From: Octopus vulgaris
Taxonomy: Eukaryota
Length of the DNA stretch: 64,000 bases
Assembly (NCBI GenBank): GCA_951406725.2
Contig: OX597842.1
Span: forward strand, 8,990,001 to 9,054,000
Direction of reading: 5' to 3'
Shown here: one piece after another, positions 33,562-46,565 of the stretch
How positions within the stretch are numbered: the first letter of the stretch is position 1
How the letters are laid out: the number at the start of each line of letters is the position of its first letter
Position numbers and translations under genes: made by a program
Notes under the pieces: model-generated
The model's input: only the letters and a program-made list of their open reading frames with translations
Databases searched by the model: none
Told to the model about the DNA's origin: nothing

Positions 33562-34103
33562 TGCAAATATATATACATACATATATGTATGTGTTTGTAT
33601 GTATATCTATATATATATAAATACACATATATGTATGCATTTATATATGTGTGTATATATGTATATATATGCATGTGTGTGTGTGTATGTATACATGTAT
33701 GACTAAATACGTGTTACCTATATACATACATATATATGCATATACATTCACACACACACACACACATACATACATACATACAAACACTTTTGCCTCACAC
33801 ACACACACACACATATACAGCAGTACACAACCCCTTGACACAAAAATTGACCAATTCTGTCTCTCTGGACAATTAATCCGCATCAGGAAATATAATTGAA
33901 TACAATTATTAAAGAGGAAAATAGAATTATCGAAAGTAAAATAGGATTTTCAAAGTTGAAATAGAATTTTCAAAGTTGAAATAGAATTTTAAAGAAGAAA
34001 AATAGCATTACTGAAAAATATAATTATTGAGCAGAAATTTTATTATCAAAAAACAAAAAAATAAATAAATAGATAATTGTAATTCAGCAATGTTCGTGTG
34101 TGC

Positions 34104-34134
<31 letters not shown>

Positions 34135-34223
34135 TGTGCTCATAATTTGAGGAAATTTGGCTTCAATTTCTAGCACACAGGCTCGTTTGTAGGCCCATGT
34201 ACATTTGTGTGTGTGTGTGCATG

Positions 34224-34271
<48 letters not shown>

Positions 34272-35100
34272 TGTGTGTGTGTGTGGTTATGGTTTGAAGA
34301 AATTTGGTTGGTGTTTCTAGCAGACCGAACAGCCATGTACTGGCTCTCTTATAGGCTCAAGTGTGTGTGTTTGAGTGTGTGCTGGTGTGTATGTATGTAT
34401 GTGTATATGTGTGTACTTGTGTGCGTGGTTATGATTTGAAGAAGTTTTGCTGCTATTTCTAGGAGATTTAACAGCCACACACAGGCTCCCTTGTAAGTCC
34501 TTGAGCAAGTGTTTGTGTGTGCGTGAGTGTGTGTGTGTGTGCATGCATGTGCGTGTGTGTGTGGTTATGATTTGAAGAAATTTGGCTGCTATTTCTAGCA
34601 GATCGAACGGCCACACACAGGCTCCTTTGCAGGCTCATGTTCATGTGTCTAGGTGTGTTTGTGTATGTATTTGCATGTGTGTATGTATGTATGTGTGTGT
34701 GGTTATGATTTGAAATTTGGCTGCTATTTCTAGCAGATCGAACGGCCACACACAGGCTCCTTTGCAGGCTCATGTTCATGTGTCTAGGTGTGTTTGTGTA
34801 TGTATTTGCATGTGTGTATGTATGTATGTGTGTGTGGTTATGATTTGAAATTTGGCTGCTATTTCTAGCAGATCGAACGGCCACACACAGGCTCCCTTGT
34901 AGGCTCCTGTGCGTGTGTCTATGTGTGTTTGTGTATGTATTATAGGTTCATGTGCATGTGTATCTGTTGTTCTTTTTGTTTAACCCTGGGTCAAATCTGT
35001 ATTTTCTTTTTGTAAGCCAATAAGATATGATTTGAAGTAATTTGACTATTATATCTAGTAGATCTAACAGCCACAGACAGGCTTCCTCATAGACTTGTGT
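34135..35100. repeat. ~135-145-bp tandem repeat (core GGTTATGATTTGAAGAAATTTGGCTGCTATTTCTAGCAGATCGAACGGCCAC plus TG tract), about 7 units
   Basis: unit starts at ~34140, 34283, 34426, 34561, 34699, 34834 and 35025. Confidence 0.85.
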
Positions 35101-35633
35101 GTGTGTGTGTGTGTGTGTTTGTGTGTATACATGCTGTTTCTGAGAGATATTTTATCAAGAGAAAATAGATTTATCAATAGGAAGAAAAAAAAAAGCAATT
35201 TAATTATTGTAAAAATATAATTAGCGACAATATTTATACTAACAACAGCGTTATGCTATCATCATTATCATCATCATCATCATCATCTTCATTGCATTTC
35301 TGGGAGGGTCATATCGGCAACAAGCACACACACACAGGTTGTAATTCACTTCAACTTGAATTATATTATTAACTAATTTGTCAGGTATTTTTTAAAAATT
35401 ATTACACTACTATGACCTTTTCAGTGAATAAGAAGAATATGAAATTAATCAGGTCACAATAGCAAGACAAAAAATTCCCAACAAATTTTTTTAAGCAATA
35501 ATAAACTAAAACTGAAGTGAATAACAACCTGTGTGGGTGTGCTTGTTGACAGTGTGAACCTCCCAACGTACAACAATATCAGTTTCAACACACGATTTCA
35601 GATCAAAATTCTCAAAAAAACAAAATTGAAATG

Positions 35634-35697
<64 letters not shown>

Positions 35698-35892
35698 CAT
35701 TTGTTATATAAACCCACATAGTTCTTTTCTTGTAAGTTGTCCTAATCTGTCACCCTTGAAGTGAAATAAAATAATCTATGGAATGGAAAAGGGAGCAAAA
35801 TTTAGGGGTTAGATTCTAAGACGTTTAAAAAACAGGTGACTTCTAAGCAAAACAAAAGAAAGCAATGTTAAAATGCAAAGCCAAATAATTAA

Positions 35893-36857
35893 CACTTTGC
35901 CTACCATGGGAGTCACCATTGACTCCCCATGCTTAATGTACCATGGGAGTCATTGGCAACTCCCAATAATGTATTCCCAGCATACTATGCGAGTCAGTGA
36001 CTCCCCATACTGTATTCCCAGTATACCATGAGAGTCACCAGTGACTCTCCATTCTATATTCTTAATATGCCATTGGAGTCAGCAACTCCCTACACTGTTT
36101 TCCCAGCACACCATGGGAGTCAGAAATGACTCCTCATGTTATATTCTTAATATACCATGGGAGTCAGCAGTGACTCCACATGTTATATTCTTAATATACC
36201 ATAGGAGTCAACAACTCCCTAAACTATATTCCCAGCACAACATGGGAGTCAGAAGTGACTCCTCATGTTATCTTCTTAATATACCATGAGAGTCAGTGAC
36301 TCCCCATACTGTATTCCTAGCATACCATGGAAGTCACCAGTAACATCCCATGCTATATTCTTGATGTACAATACTAGTCAGTGACTCACCATACTATATT
36401 CCCAGCATGCCATGGGAGTCACCAGTGACTCATCATGTTATATCTTTAATATACCACAGGAGTCAACAACTCCCCATAGTGTATTCGCAGCATACCACGA
36501 GAGTCACTGGTGACTCCCTATTCTATATACTTAACATATGGAAGTTGCTAGTGACTCTTCATACCATATTCTTATCATACCGTGAGTACCACTAGTGACT
36601 CCTCACCATTATATACTAAATATTCCTTGGGAGTTACAAGTGACTCTCAATGGCGACGGTCTTTTATGAAGCCCCACATTTCTGTGGTTCAAACCACATT
36701 ATTTGAATTTTAGAAAAAGTACAGAACACATTTATCTTATTTCTTGGATGAACTAGAAAATATAAAAATGGTTGAATAATTAAAAACATGGAATTTATGA
36801 CAAAATCAGACAAAGCAAAAGGAATTATGGTGTGAAATAAGACTGGTAGGCCAAGTG
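35893..36857. mobile_element. piggyBac-type non-autonomous element containing a palindromic minisatellite
   Basis: TTAA|CACTTTGCCTACC ... GGTAGGCCAAGTG|TTAA (12/13 TIR match); ~18 units of GGGAGTCAC-CA-GTGACTCCC at 35904-36650. Confidence 0.82.
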
Positions 36858-37414
36858 TTAAAGGAGGGCACGCATAGCATCTACGCTGTCCTCTTTCCAA
36901 ATGGATTTCATAAAAATTAAAACCTGATTTGATATTTGTATTCATATAATGGGTTTGTTAGATAAATTTGCTCAGTTTTTTTTTTAGTTCTTTTTATTTT
37001 GATCCTTTCCATTGTTGTTTGAAATAACTTGAAAAATATTTTTGCTGCAGTGTTCCATGGTTCGTTTTTCCTTTCTTTTTTTTTCTTTTTTTAAAAATTT
37101 TTGTAGCTTTTTTCTTCCTCTACATCTTTTGTTTGTCGTTTTGGAAGTTTGAATAAATTTTATCTCTTTTCAGTCATGTGACAGTAGAGTGCTCAGCAGG
37201 AAAAAACAAATTTATCTGACAACCCAACATACATACATATACATATATATCTATATCTATCTATCTATCTAGCTAGCTAGCTAGCTATTTATCTATCTAT
37301 CTCTTACTATCTATCTATCTATCTATAATAATAAAGGGTAAAATTAATGAATTAATAATTAATAATTTTACCAAGTAGTTTGTTATGTTGAAAGAACCAT
37401 TATCGGTAAACTTA

Positions 37415-37741
37415 TACAAAAATTCTATAATTATGAATATAATTATAATTAGGGTTCAGCAAAAATTTGCTTCACCACATACCGAAATTTAGAAATAACA
37501 GTCAAAACTAACTATTTCACTACCATAAGAAAATCTCCCAGAAAACAATACTCAACAACCCATGCAGGTAAAGAGAACAAAAATAACGAATTCACCTGGC
37601 TCTGATTAACTGCATATGCATTTCGGAGTTAGATATGGTAGGGAAATAGTTAATTTTGACTGCTATTTCTAAATTTTGGTATGTAGTGAAGCAAATTTTT
37701 GCTGAACCCTAATTATAATTATACTCATAATTATAAAATTT

Positions 37742-37831
<90 letters not shown>

Positions 37832-38282
37832 AACTAAGGGTGTCAGGACACCTGTATTGCTAGAAATAAGAGCTAAAATGCTCTAGGTGTTCTGGGCGAT
37901 TGCAGTCCCTATTAGCATATATGTATACAATTATGTGCTTTTCCTACAGCATGAGAGCATTTTAGCTCTTATTTCTAGCAATGAAGGTGTCCTGACACCC
38001 TTGGTCACATTTTAGTGACAATGATGTTCTTCCTTCATGGTAACACATTGCTGTTTATTTTACTTTTTATATACATATATATAAAAATACATACATACAC
38101 ATATAAATACAGTGTATTATATGAATGATATATAGTCTATTGACTAAATTTTTACACGCTAGGCCACTGGTAATGGAAATTTCTAATATTTCTGATTACC
38201 CTTTGATATTATTAATTACATACACATATATATGCATACATACCTACATATATATACATACACACACACATATATATATATG

Positions 38283-38317
<35 letters not shown>

Positions 38318-38572
38318 GGTCAGGAGGTATTATATATTTGAAGAAATAAGGTACTCAGAAATCTAGATGGTTTTATATTTACAGATTTTTATTAATACGT
38401 CACATGTTTTTATAAATCATATAATAGCGCTTGCATCCACTCTAGAGAATTCTTCAGATTCTACTAGAGTAGCTGCAAGCGCTAATATATGATTTATAAA
38501 AACATGTGACGTATTAATAAAAATCTGTAAATATAAAACCATCAAGATTTCTGAGTACCTTATTTCTTCTAA

Positions 38573-38650
<78 letters not shown>

Positions 38651-38783
38651 AATTAGAAAAAACCCACTTTTTATCAATTCAATAATAAAAAATTAAATTA
38701 TACCATTTAGAAAAATTACATATTAAATGGTATAATTTAATTTTTCATTATTGAATTGATAAAAGGTGTTTTTTTTCTTTCTA

Positions 38784-38787
<4 letters not shown>
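37415..38787. repeat. Cluster of four inverted-repeat (fold-back) structures separated by (TA)n
   Basis: ~37415-37742, 37837-38001, 38340-38569, 38651-38787. Confidence 0.85.
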
Positions 38788-38850
<63 letters not shown>

Positions 38851-38927
38851 TTGTGAAATTTGATTTAGTATTTCTAAATTGAATTTTCCCTCTGTAAGTT
38901 TGGAATAATACTCCCTCATATTATTAT

Positions 38928-38986
<59 letters not shown>

Positions 38987-39558
38987 CACATATATATATA
39001 TACACACATACATACATACCCTATACATACATAATGATATGTAAATGTAAGATCCAAGTGTAGGAAGTTAGTAAGCTTCAAGCAGTCTATAGAAGGTATA
39101 AAGAACAACTTTCAGGAACAAGTGGTTTATTGGTGCAGAAGGTTGCAAATGCTTCCCACATCCAAGTTCGATAAATAGAAAAAATTTGGATAAATTTTTA
39201 CCTCTTTTCAGACACATTATGATAGAGTGCCAACTAGAAAAAAAAAATCCAAACAAATTTATTTATTTAACCCAATATTTATCTTCAGGAATCATGGCAT
39301 GTCTTGCAATGAAGCAGAAAACATCACAACATTCAGATGATAAGGTATTGAAAATCACACCAATTGTTTATTACACCCTAATACAGGCAGTTTTGCTATA
39401 AGAAATTTCATTTTAAATAACCTCATCAGGTATCTTTTTAATATTTGACATTGAATAAAGATTTGCCAATTTAAAATTTTTATAAAACATATTCTTCTTT
39501 TTATTTAAAAAATACTTATATAATACACTTTATTATTGTCCATATGGCAAATTTCCCT

Positions 39559-40230
39559 ATATGGTGAAATTTCTTAAGCCAAATTTTTTTATATGGTGAA
39601 ATTTCTTAAACTGAATTTTTCTATATGGTGAAATTTCTTAAACTGAATTTTTCTATATGGTGAAATTTCTTAAACCAAATTTTTCTATATGGTGAAATTT
39701 CTTAAGCCGAATGTTTCTATAGGGTGAAATTTCTTAAACTGAATTTTTTTATATGGTGAAATTTCTTAAACAGAATTTTTCTATATCGTGAAATTTCTTA
39801 AACTGAATTTTTTTTATATGGTGAAGTTTCCTAAACTGAATTTGTCTATATCGTGAAATTTCTTAAGCTGAATTTTTTTTATATGGTGAAATTTCCTAAA
39901 CTGAATTTGTCTATATCGTGAAATTTCTTAAACCAAATTTTTCTATATGGTGAAATTTCTTAAGCCGAATGTTTCTATAGGGGGAAATTTCTTAAACTGA
40001 ATTTTTTTATATGGTGAAATTTCATAAGCTGAATTTTTCTATATGGTGAAATTTCTTAAGCCGAATTTTTCTATATGGTGAAATTTCTTAAGCCAAATTT
40101 TTCTATGTGGTGAAATTTCTTTAGCCAAATTTTTCTATATGGTGAAATTTATTAAGCCGAATGTTTCTATAAGGAGAAATTTCTTACACTGGTTTTTCCT
40201 ATATGGTGAAATTTCTTACAGCAAATTTTC
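39559..40230. repeat. 32-bp (2x16) minisatellite ATATGGTGAAATTTCT-TAARCYRAATTTTTCT, about 21 units
   Basis: directly visible. Confidence 0.92.
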
Positions 40231-40802
40231 CAGACATGAAAACAGGCATTCTCAGAGAGCATTGGATGTTTAATCTTCACTGCTATGGTTTATTTCACCC
40301 TTTTCACTCCATGTAAATACCCTCAATCTTTCTTTGTTGTTTTCCTATGTATTTTTACCTTTGTACTGTCTTCAGTGGACAATAAAAGAAAATAAATTAT
40401 TGCTATTACAATTATTATTTTTATCCTTAAGACAGTGAGCTGGCAGAATTATTAGCAAGTTGGGTAATGTGCTTATCCATCCTTACGTTCTGAGCTCAAA
40501 TTCCATTGAGGTTGCATTTGACTTTCATTTTTTCAGGGTCAATAAAATAAATACTAGTTGATGCAATCAGCTTACTTTCTTTCCCAAACTTGCAGGCCTT
40601 GTGCCAAAATATGAAACCATTATTATTATTGTTGTTATCATTAAGGTAACCAACTGGCAGAACTGTTCCCAAGACAAACACAAAGCTTAGCAACATTTCA
40701 TCCGTCTTTACATTCTGAGGTCAAATTCCATCATGGTTGACTTTGCCTTTCATCCTTTTGGAGTCGATAAAAAAGTACCTGTTGAACACTGGGGTTGATA
40801 TA

Positions 40803-41106
40803 TATTATTTACGTTATTTACATTTGACGGATATTTGTCCTCATCTTGTTTGTTGTTAAACACAATGTTTCGGCTGGTATACTCTCCAGCCTTCATCAGG
40901 TGTCTTGGGGAAATTTCGAACCTGCGTTCTCGTTCCTAAGGTATTTTTCGATGTTATTATTATAATTATAATTATTATTATTATTATTCATGTCACTGCC
41001 TGGAATTGAACTTGGAATCTTGGGGTTAGTAGCTGATATACCCCCCAGCTTTCATGAAATGTCTTGGGGAAATTTCAAACCTTAGGATATTCCTTAGGTA
41101 TTTTTC

Positions 41107-41141
<35 letters not shown>

Positions 41142-41430
41142 TCACTGCCTGGAATCGAACTTGGGCACATGGCAAAGTGGTTAACAGCGCGGGCTACTAA
41201 CCCCAAGATTCCAAGTTCGATTCCAGGCAGTGACCTGAGTAATAATAATAATAATAACATCGAAAAATACCTTAGAGATGAGAACCCAGGTTCTGAATTT
41301 CCCCAAGACACCTGATGAAGGCTGGAGAGTATATCAGCCGAAACGTGCCAACAACAAACTAGATGAGGACAAATATCCGTCAAATGTAAACAATGTACAT
41401 AATTCCTCATCTCTTAAATATAGAACTGTA
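40803..41430. mobile_element. Inverted and partially tandem Penelope pLTR-like copies with hammerhead motifs
   Basis: hammerhead on - at 40858-40904 and on + at 41307-41348; same family as 16715-16870. Confidence 0.7.
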
Positions 41431-41934
41431 TTACTGGGGTCGATGTAATTGACTTATTCCTACCCCAAAGTTTCAAGCCTTGTACCTATAATGGAAATGA
41501 CTGTTATTATTATATAATCATTATTATTTCTTTTCTTATTATTATCATTATATGTTGGCCTTCTGCCAAATTCTCCTCAGGGAATTTGTGAAAAGATGGG
41601 TGACCATGGCAAAAATGATGTGTGAATGAACCTGCTCTAAGCATGCACCTGTAGGCTGGACAGCCTGAGAGAGGACTCATGCCTTTGGTGGTCAGAGTAA
41701 TCCTGGATCTGTGGGGTTCCTTGTTTGACCCTAGCTGAAGTTTCTCCTGTATCAGGAGGAAGACCTCATTATTCATTTTATCAAATATTTTTATTGTATT
41801 TCTCCTTCTTTTCTATTTCTTTCTCTCCATCCTTTATGTAAATCCCTTACAAACTGTTGTCTGTCTTTATCATGTCCCTCTCATCTATGCCCCAGTGACT
41901 AACAAAAGAAATCATTATTATAATTATCATTATT

Positions 41935-42720
41935 ATTCAGTACTTTTATTTTTATCACATGCTTTCACTGCACTACCGAGTACAGCTCTGTGAGCCTTGG
42001 GTATGTGCTGTGGTTTGTTGTGATGCTCTGATGGTTATTGTATAGTAAGTGTTTTACATAGGATGTGTGTGGTGCCCAGTAGTGCTATTTTCTGTATGTT
42101 ATACATACTTGTAAGTCCTGGTATTTTTGTTATGTATTTGTCTGAATATTTCTTTATCATACCTAATGCGCCTACTATGATAGGAATTGTTTCTTTTTTT
42201 AAGCTTCACATTCGAGTTACCTCTGTTTCCGGGTCTTTGTATTTTGAAAGTTTCTCGGTTTCTTTTAGAGAAACATTGTCATCTGTTAGTATTGATACAT
42301 CAATTAGAAAGCATTTTTTTTTTCTTGGTGATCTCTGACATATTGTAGCTGTAACTTATAACTGGGACAGCTAGAGTGTCAATACCTATTATCTTGTTTT
42401 TCGCATTCATTTGCTTTATCTAGTGTTATGTTGCTACTCTTAACTAGTTTTCCTCTTTTCCAGGTTGCTTTGACACGTTTTTCTAAACCAAATTTCATAT
42501 TTATTTCTTTGGTAAATCCATGTATTGCCTGTAGCAATGTTTCCAGCTGTTTATCATTTGTAGCATGCATTTTCAGATCATCCATATATAAGAGGTGGCT
42601 GACTGTTTTGCCGTAACGGTTGTATCCATATGTAGTTCTGTTTAGCATGTCAGATAAAGTTGTCAGTGCGAAGCAGAAAAGGAGTGGAGAGAGTGTGTCT
42701 CCCTAGAATATTCCTTCTCT
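41935..42720 (-). mobile_element. Internally deleted R4/Dong-type LINE (RT and RLE fragments)
   Basis: minus strand GDTLSPLLFC..., HLLYMDDLK...GFTKEINMKFGLEK; then KYKD...IVGALG...IQKIALLGTTHIL; flanked by (TAA)n. Confidence 0.82.
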
Positions 42721-43205
42721 TATTACTATTATCATTATCATTATTATTATTAAACCAAAATTAAAAGAAGAATGCCGTTGTCATCTAGTGAATGATATTT
42801 CGACACCTCGTGTGTCTTCAACAGGTTCAAAAAATAATTTTGTAAATCTATTATTATTATTATTAGTCTTATCATCATCATCATCATCATCATAAATATC
42901 ATTCTTACATTTATCAATCTGCTTTGCAAGATTCCTGATGTCAAATCGTGTGTTGAAACAGATATTGTTAAATTTCGGGGTGGTCGTTTTTATTTCATTT
43001 TTCTTGCCAAATAAACACACACATTATTCGTTCTTCACTTGTTGACTATTGTCCTTATTTTATCTTATGTTCATTATCTCTAAATCTTTAATCACACGTC
43101 TGTGACCTCCTTAGTGATTCTTCCATCCATGTTTCCTCCTGTTTTGTTTAGGCGGAAAAAAGTGATTGGCGATATTCCTTAATATATACATACATGCAGA
43201 TACAT

Positions 43206-43254
<49 letters not shown>

Positions 43255-43842
43255 CATACATACATACATACATACATACATACATACATACATACATACA
43301 TACACATTTAAGAATTTGTTTTGCAAGATTCCTGATGTGAAACCATGAGTTGAAACAGATATTGTTATATTTTGGGATGGTCATTTTTCTTTCTCCTTGC
43401 CAAATTAGACACACACACTGTATATTCATTCTTCATTCATTTATTATTGTTTTTATTTTGTCTCATGTCTGTTGTGTGTGTTTATTTGGCAAGAAAAAGA
43501 AAATAACTATCCTGAAATAGAACACAATAATAATAATAATAATAATAATGATGATGATGATGATCATAATAGGAAACATGGCTGTTTTGTTCATCATCCT
43601 TAAACAACCCTTATTCAGGGACCTTTTGAGCGGGATGAGCTAGTTGACTTGGAGAAAATTCTAACTGGGCCCCACCTGCAAGGTCATGTTCTGCTTATCT
43701 TGGTATGAGATCACCATGTCGCACACATATGGTTGAGATGCATGTGTTTGGTGCACCCTTATCAGACAAGTAGTCATGATGGGTATACTGGGCTTTGTAT
43801 ATTTTACCCCAGTGTCACTTTGATGGCATGCATTCCTTTCTC

Positions 43843-43874
<32 letters not shown>

Positions 43875-43989
43875 TAATAATAATAATATGATCTTATGCT
43901 GTTTGTTTTTTTCTTTTGTCCTCTACAATTATATGGTCTCCTTGCTTCAAGTATTCTTCTTCTTCTTCTTCTTCTTATTATTATTATTA

Positions 43990-44020
<31 letters not shown>

Positions 44021-44176
44021 CATTATTATCATCATCATTATTATTATTATTATCATCATTATCATCATCATTATTATTATCATTATTATTATTATCATCA
44101 TCATCATCATCATTATTATTATTATCATTATCATTATCATCATCATCATCATCATCATTATTATTATTATTATTAC

Positions 44177-44257
<81 letters not shown>

Positions 44258-44716
44258 CATTATATAGAAAAGCAGTGAGATAGCAGAACTGTTAGTGTGC
44301 CAGGCAAAAATGCTTGGCAGAATTTTGTCTGTCTCCACATTCTGCACTCAAATTCCACTTTGGGTGACTTTACCTTTCATCTTTGCAAGGTCGATAAAAT
44401 AAGTACCAGTTGAATACTGGGGCCAATATAATCAACTTATCCCACCGCAAGACGTCACTAACCCTGTACCAAAATTTGAAACAAATTATTATCATTATCA
44501 TTGTAGCTGTTGTTTCTAATACACATATACATTTATATTCATAGAGACGGAAGGGTGAAAGAAAAAAATGCATTTTGTAGTAAAGATTCCTTGCCAACAT
44601 AACATTTTAGGGGAAAGAATATGTTGATATTATTGACCCCAGTGGTAAACAGGTGCTTTGTGTTATTGACCCTGAAATGACCCATCATCAAAGTCGACTG
44701 CAGCAGAATAATGATA

Positions 44717-44750
<34 letters not shown>

Positions 44751-44760
44751 CAATAATAAC

Positions 44761-44806
<46 letters not shown>

Positions 44807-45031
44807 GTAGTAGTAGTAGTAGTAATAATAAAAGAAAACAAGAACAAGAACAACAATAATAATCGTAATAATAACAATAATTTCAGATTTAGGTACAAGG
44901 GGGCAAGTTGTTTACATCAACCCCAATGCTTAAATGGAATTTGAACTCAGAATGTAACGAGGGAAAAGATAGCCGCTAAGCATTTTGCTCAGCGTGGTAA
45001 CAACTCTGCCAGCTTGCCACCTTAAACGATA

Positions 45032-45099
<68 letters not shown>

Positions 45100-45343
45100 C
45101 CCTGCAAGAAGTGCAAAAGATTGTCTTAACTGGTACATCACACGTATTGAGAAGAGCATTGTCGATGTGAGAACTGTTGCTGCTCATGTATTTTAATTTA
45201 AATTAAAAAAAAAAAAAAAAAAAAGAACGAACTACTGAGTTTGGTTTAATGGCCTACCAATATACACTATGAGTTTCTTTGCCCTAGGAGTCGGGAAGAC
45301 ACTCGGCAAGAAATGGAAGAAAATTTGAAAGAAGAAAAAAAAA

Positions 45344-45345
<2 letters not shown>
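45100..45345 (+). mobile_element. R4/Dong-type LINE 3' stub
   Basis: LQEVQKIVLTGTSHVLRRALSM* between (TAA)n tracts. Confidence 0.7.
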
Positions 45346-45374
<29 letters not shown>

Positions 45375-45800
45375 ATAATAATGATAATAATAATAACAAG
45401 AAGAAGAAGAAGAATTATGATAATAATAATAATTACAATAATAATAATAATAATAATAATAATTTTTTCCTTTCACATAACTTTGTAAATGAACAATCTG
45501 ATGAGTTTATTTTAATGACTTATCAATGAATACATTGAGTTTCTTTGCTCTAGGTGTCAGGAAGACACACGGAAATAAATTGAAACAAAATTGAAAGGAA
45601 AAGAAAAAAAAAATAATAATAATAATCCTTTCTATTAAAGGCGCAAGGCCCGAAATTTTGAGAGAAGGGACTAGTCGATCACATCAACCCCAGTGTTTCA
45701 CTGGTATTTAATCTATCAACTCCGACAAGATGAAAGGCAAAGGTGACCTCAGCAGAACTTGAACTCAAAACGTAATGACATAAGATGCCAGCTCACCATC

Positions 45801-45838
<38 letters not shown>

Positions 45839-46100
45839 TTATTATTATTATTATTTCAACTTTGGGCACAAGGCTTTGAAAATTTTGGGGGAAGGGTGAT
45901 AGTCGATTACATCAACCCCAGTACATAACTGGTACTTATTTTATTGACCCTGAAAGGCTGAAAGGCAAAGTCAACCTCAGCAGAATTTGAACTCAGAACA
46001 TAGCGGCAGATGAAATACTGCTAAGCATTTCACCCAGCGTGCTAACGATTCTGCCAGCTCGCCAACTTAATAAAAATAATAATAAATAAATTAATTAATT

Positions 46101-46169
<69 letters not shown>

Positions 46170-46173
<4 letters not shown>

Positions 46174-46565
46174 TATATCTGTAAAGGAATTTTACAAACT
46201 TAGTAAATATAAGGACCTGGAAATCGAAATACAAAAGATGTGGAATCTTAAAACAAAAAACTGTTCCTGTTATTGTAGGTGCCCTAGGTATGATAAAAAA
46301 GGGATGTCAGAAACACCTAGACAATATCCCTGGAGAACCATGTCTCAAGGAAATCCAAAAGATTGTGCTAACAAGTACTGCCCACATCCTTAGAAAAACC
46401 CTATCAATGTAAATGTTTGTGTTGTATTACATGGAGATATTTCTCTACTTCCCCTCCCCAAGCTTTCAGCTATATTTCAACAACTCTTAACCTTCACTTG
46501 CCCTAGGACGCTGGGTGTGCCCCAGCAAGTGATTGCATCAAACATGCAGATTAAAAGTAAATGAC
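46170..46565 (+). mobile_element. R4/Dong-type LINE 3' fragment (RLE end)
   Basis: KLSKYKDLEIEIQKMWNLKT/VPVIVGALGMIKKG...EIQKIVLTSTAHILRKTLSM* between (TAA)n tracts. Confidence 0.8.

Noticed and set aside
35904-36650. CRISPR array (palindromic repeats with spacers)
   Set aside because: Linkers are two recurring related sequences rather than unique spacers; no cas genes; eukaryotic context; the array lies within transposon-like TIRs.
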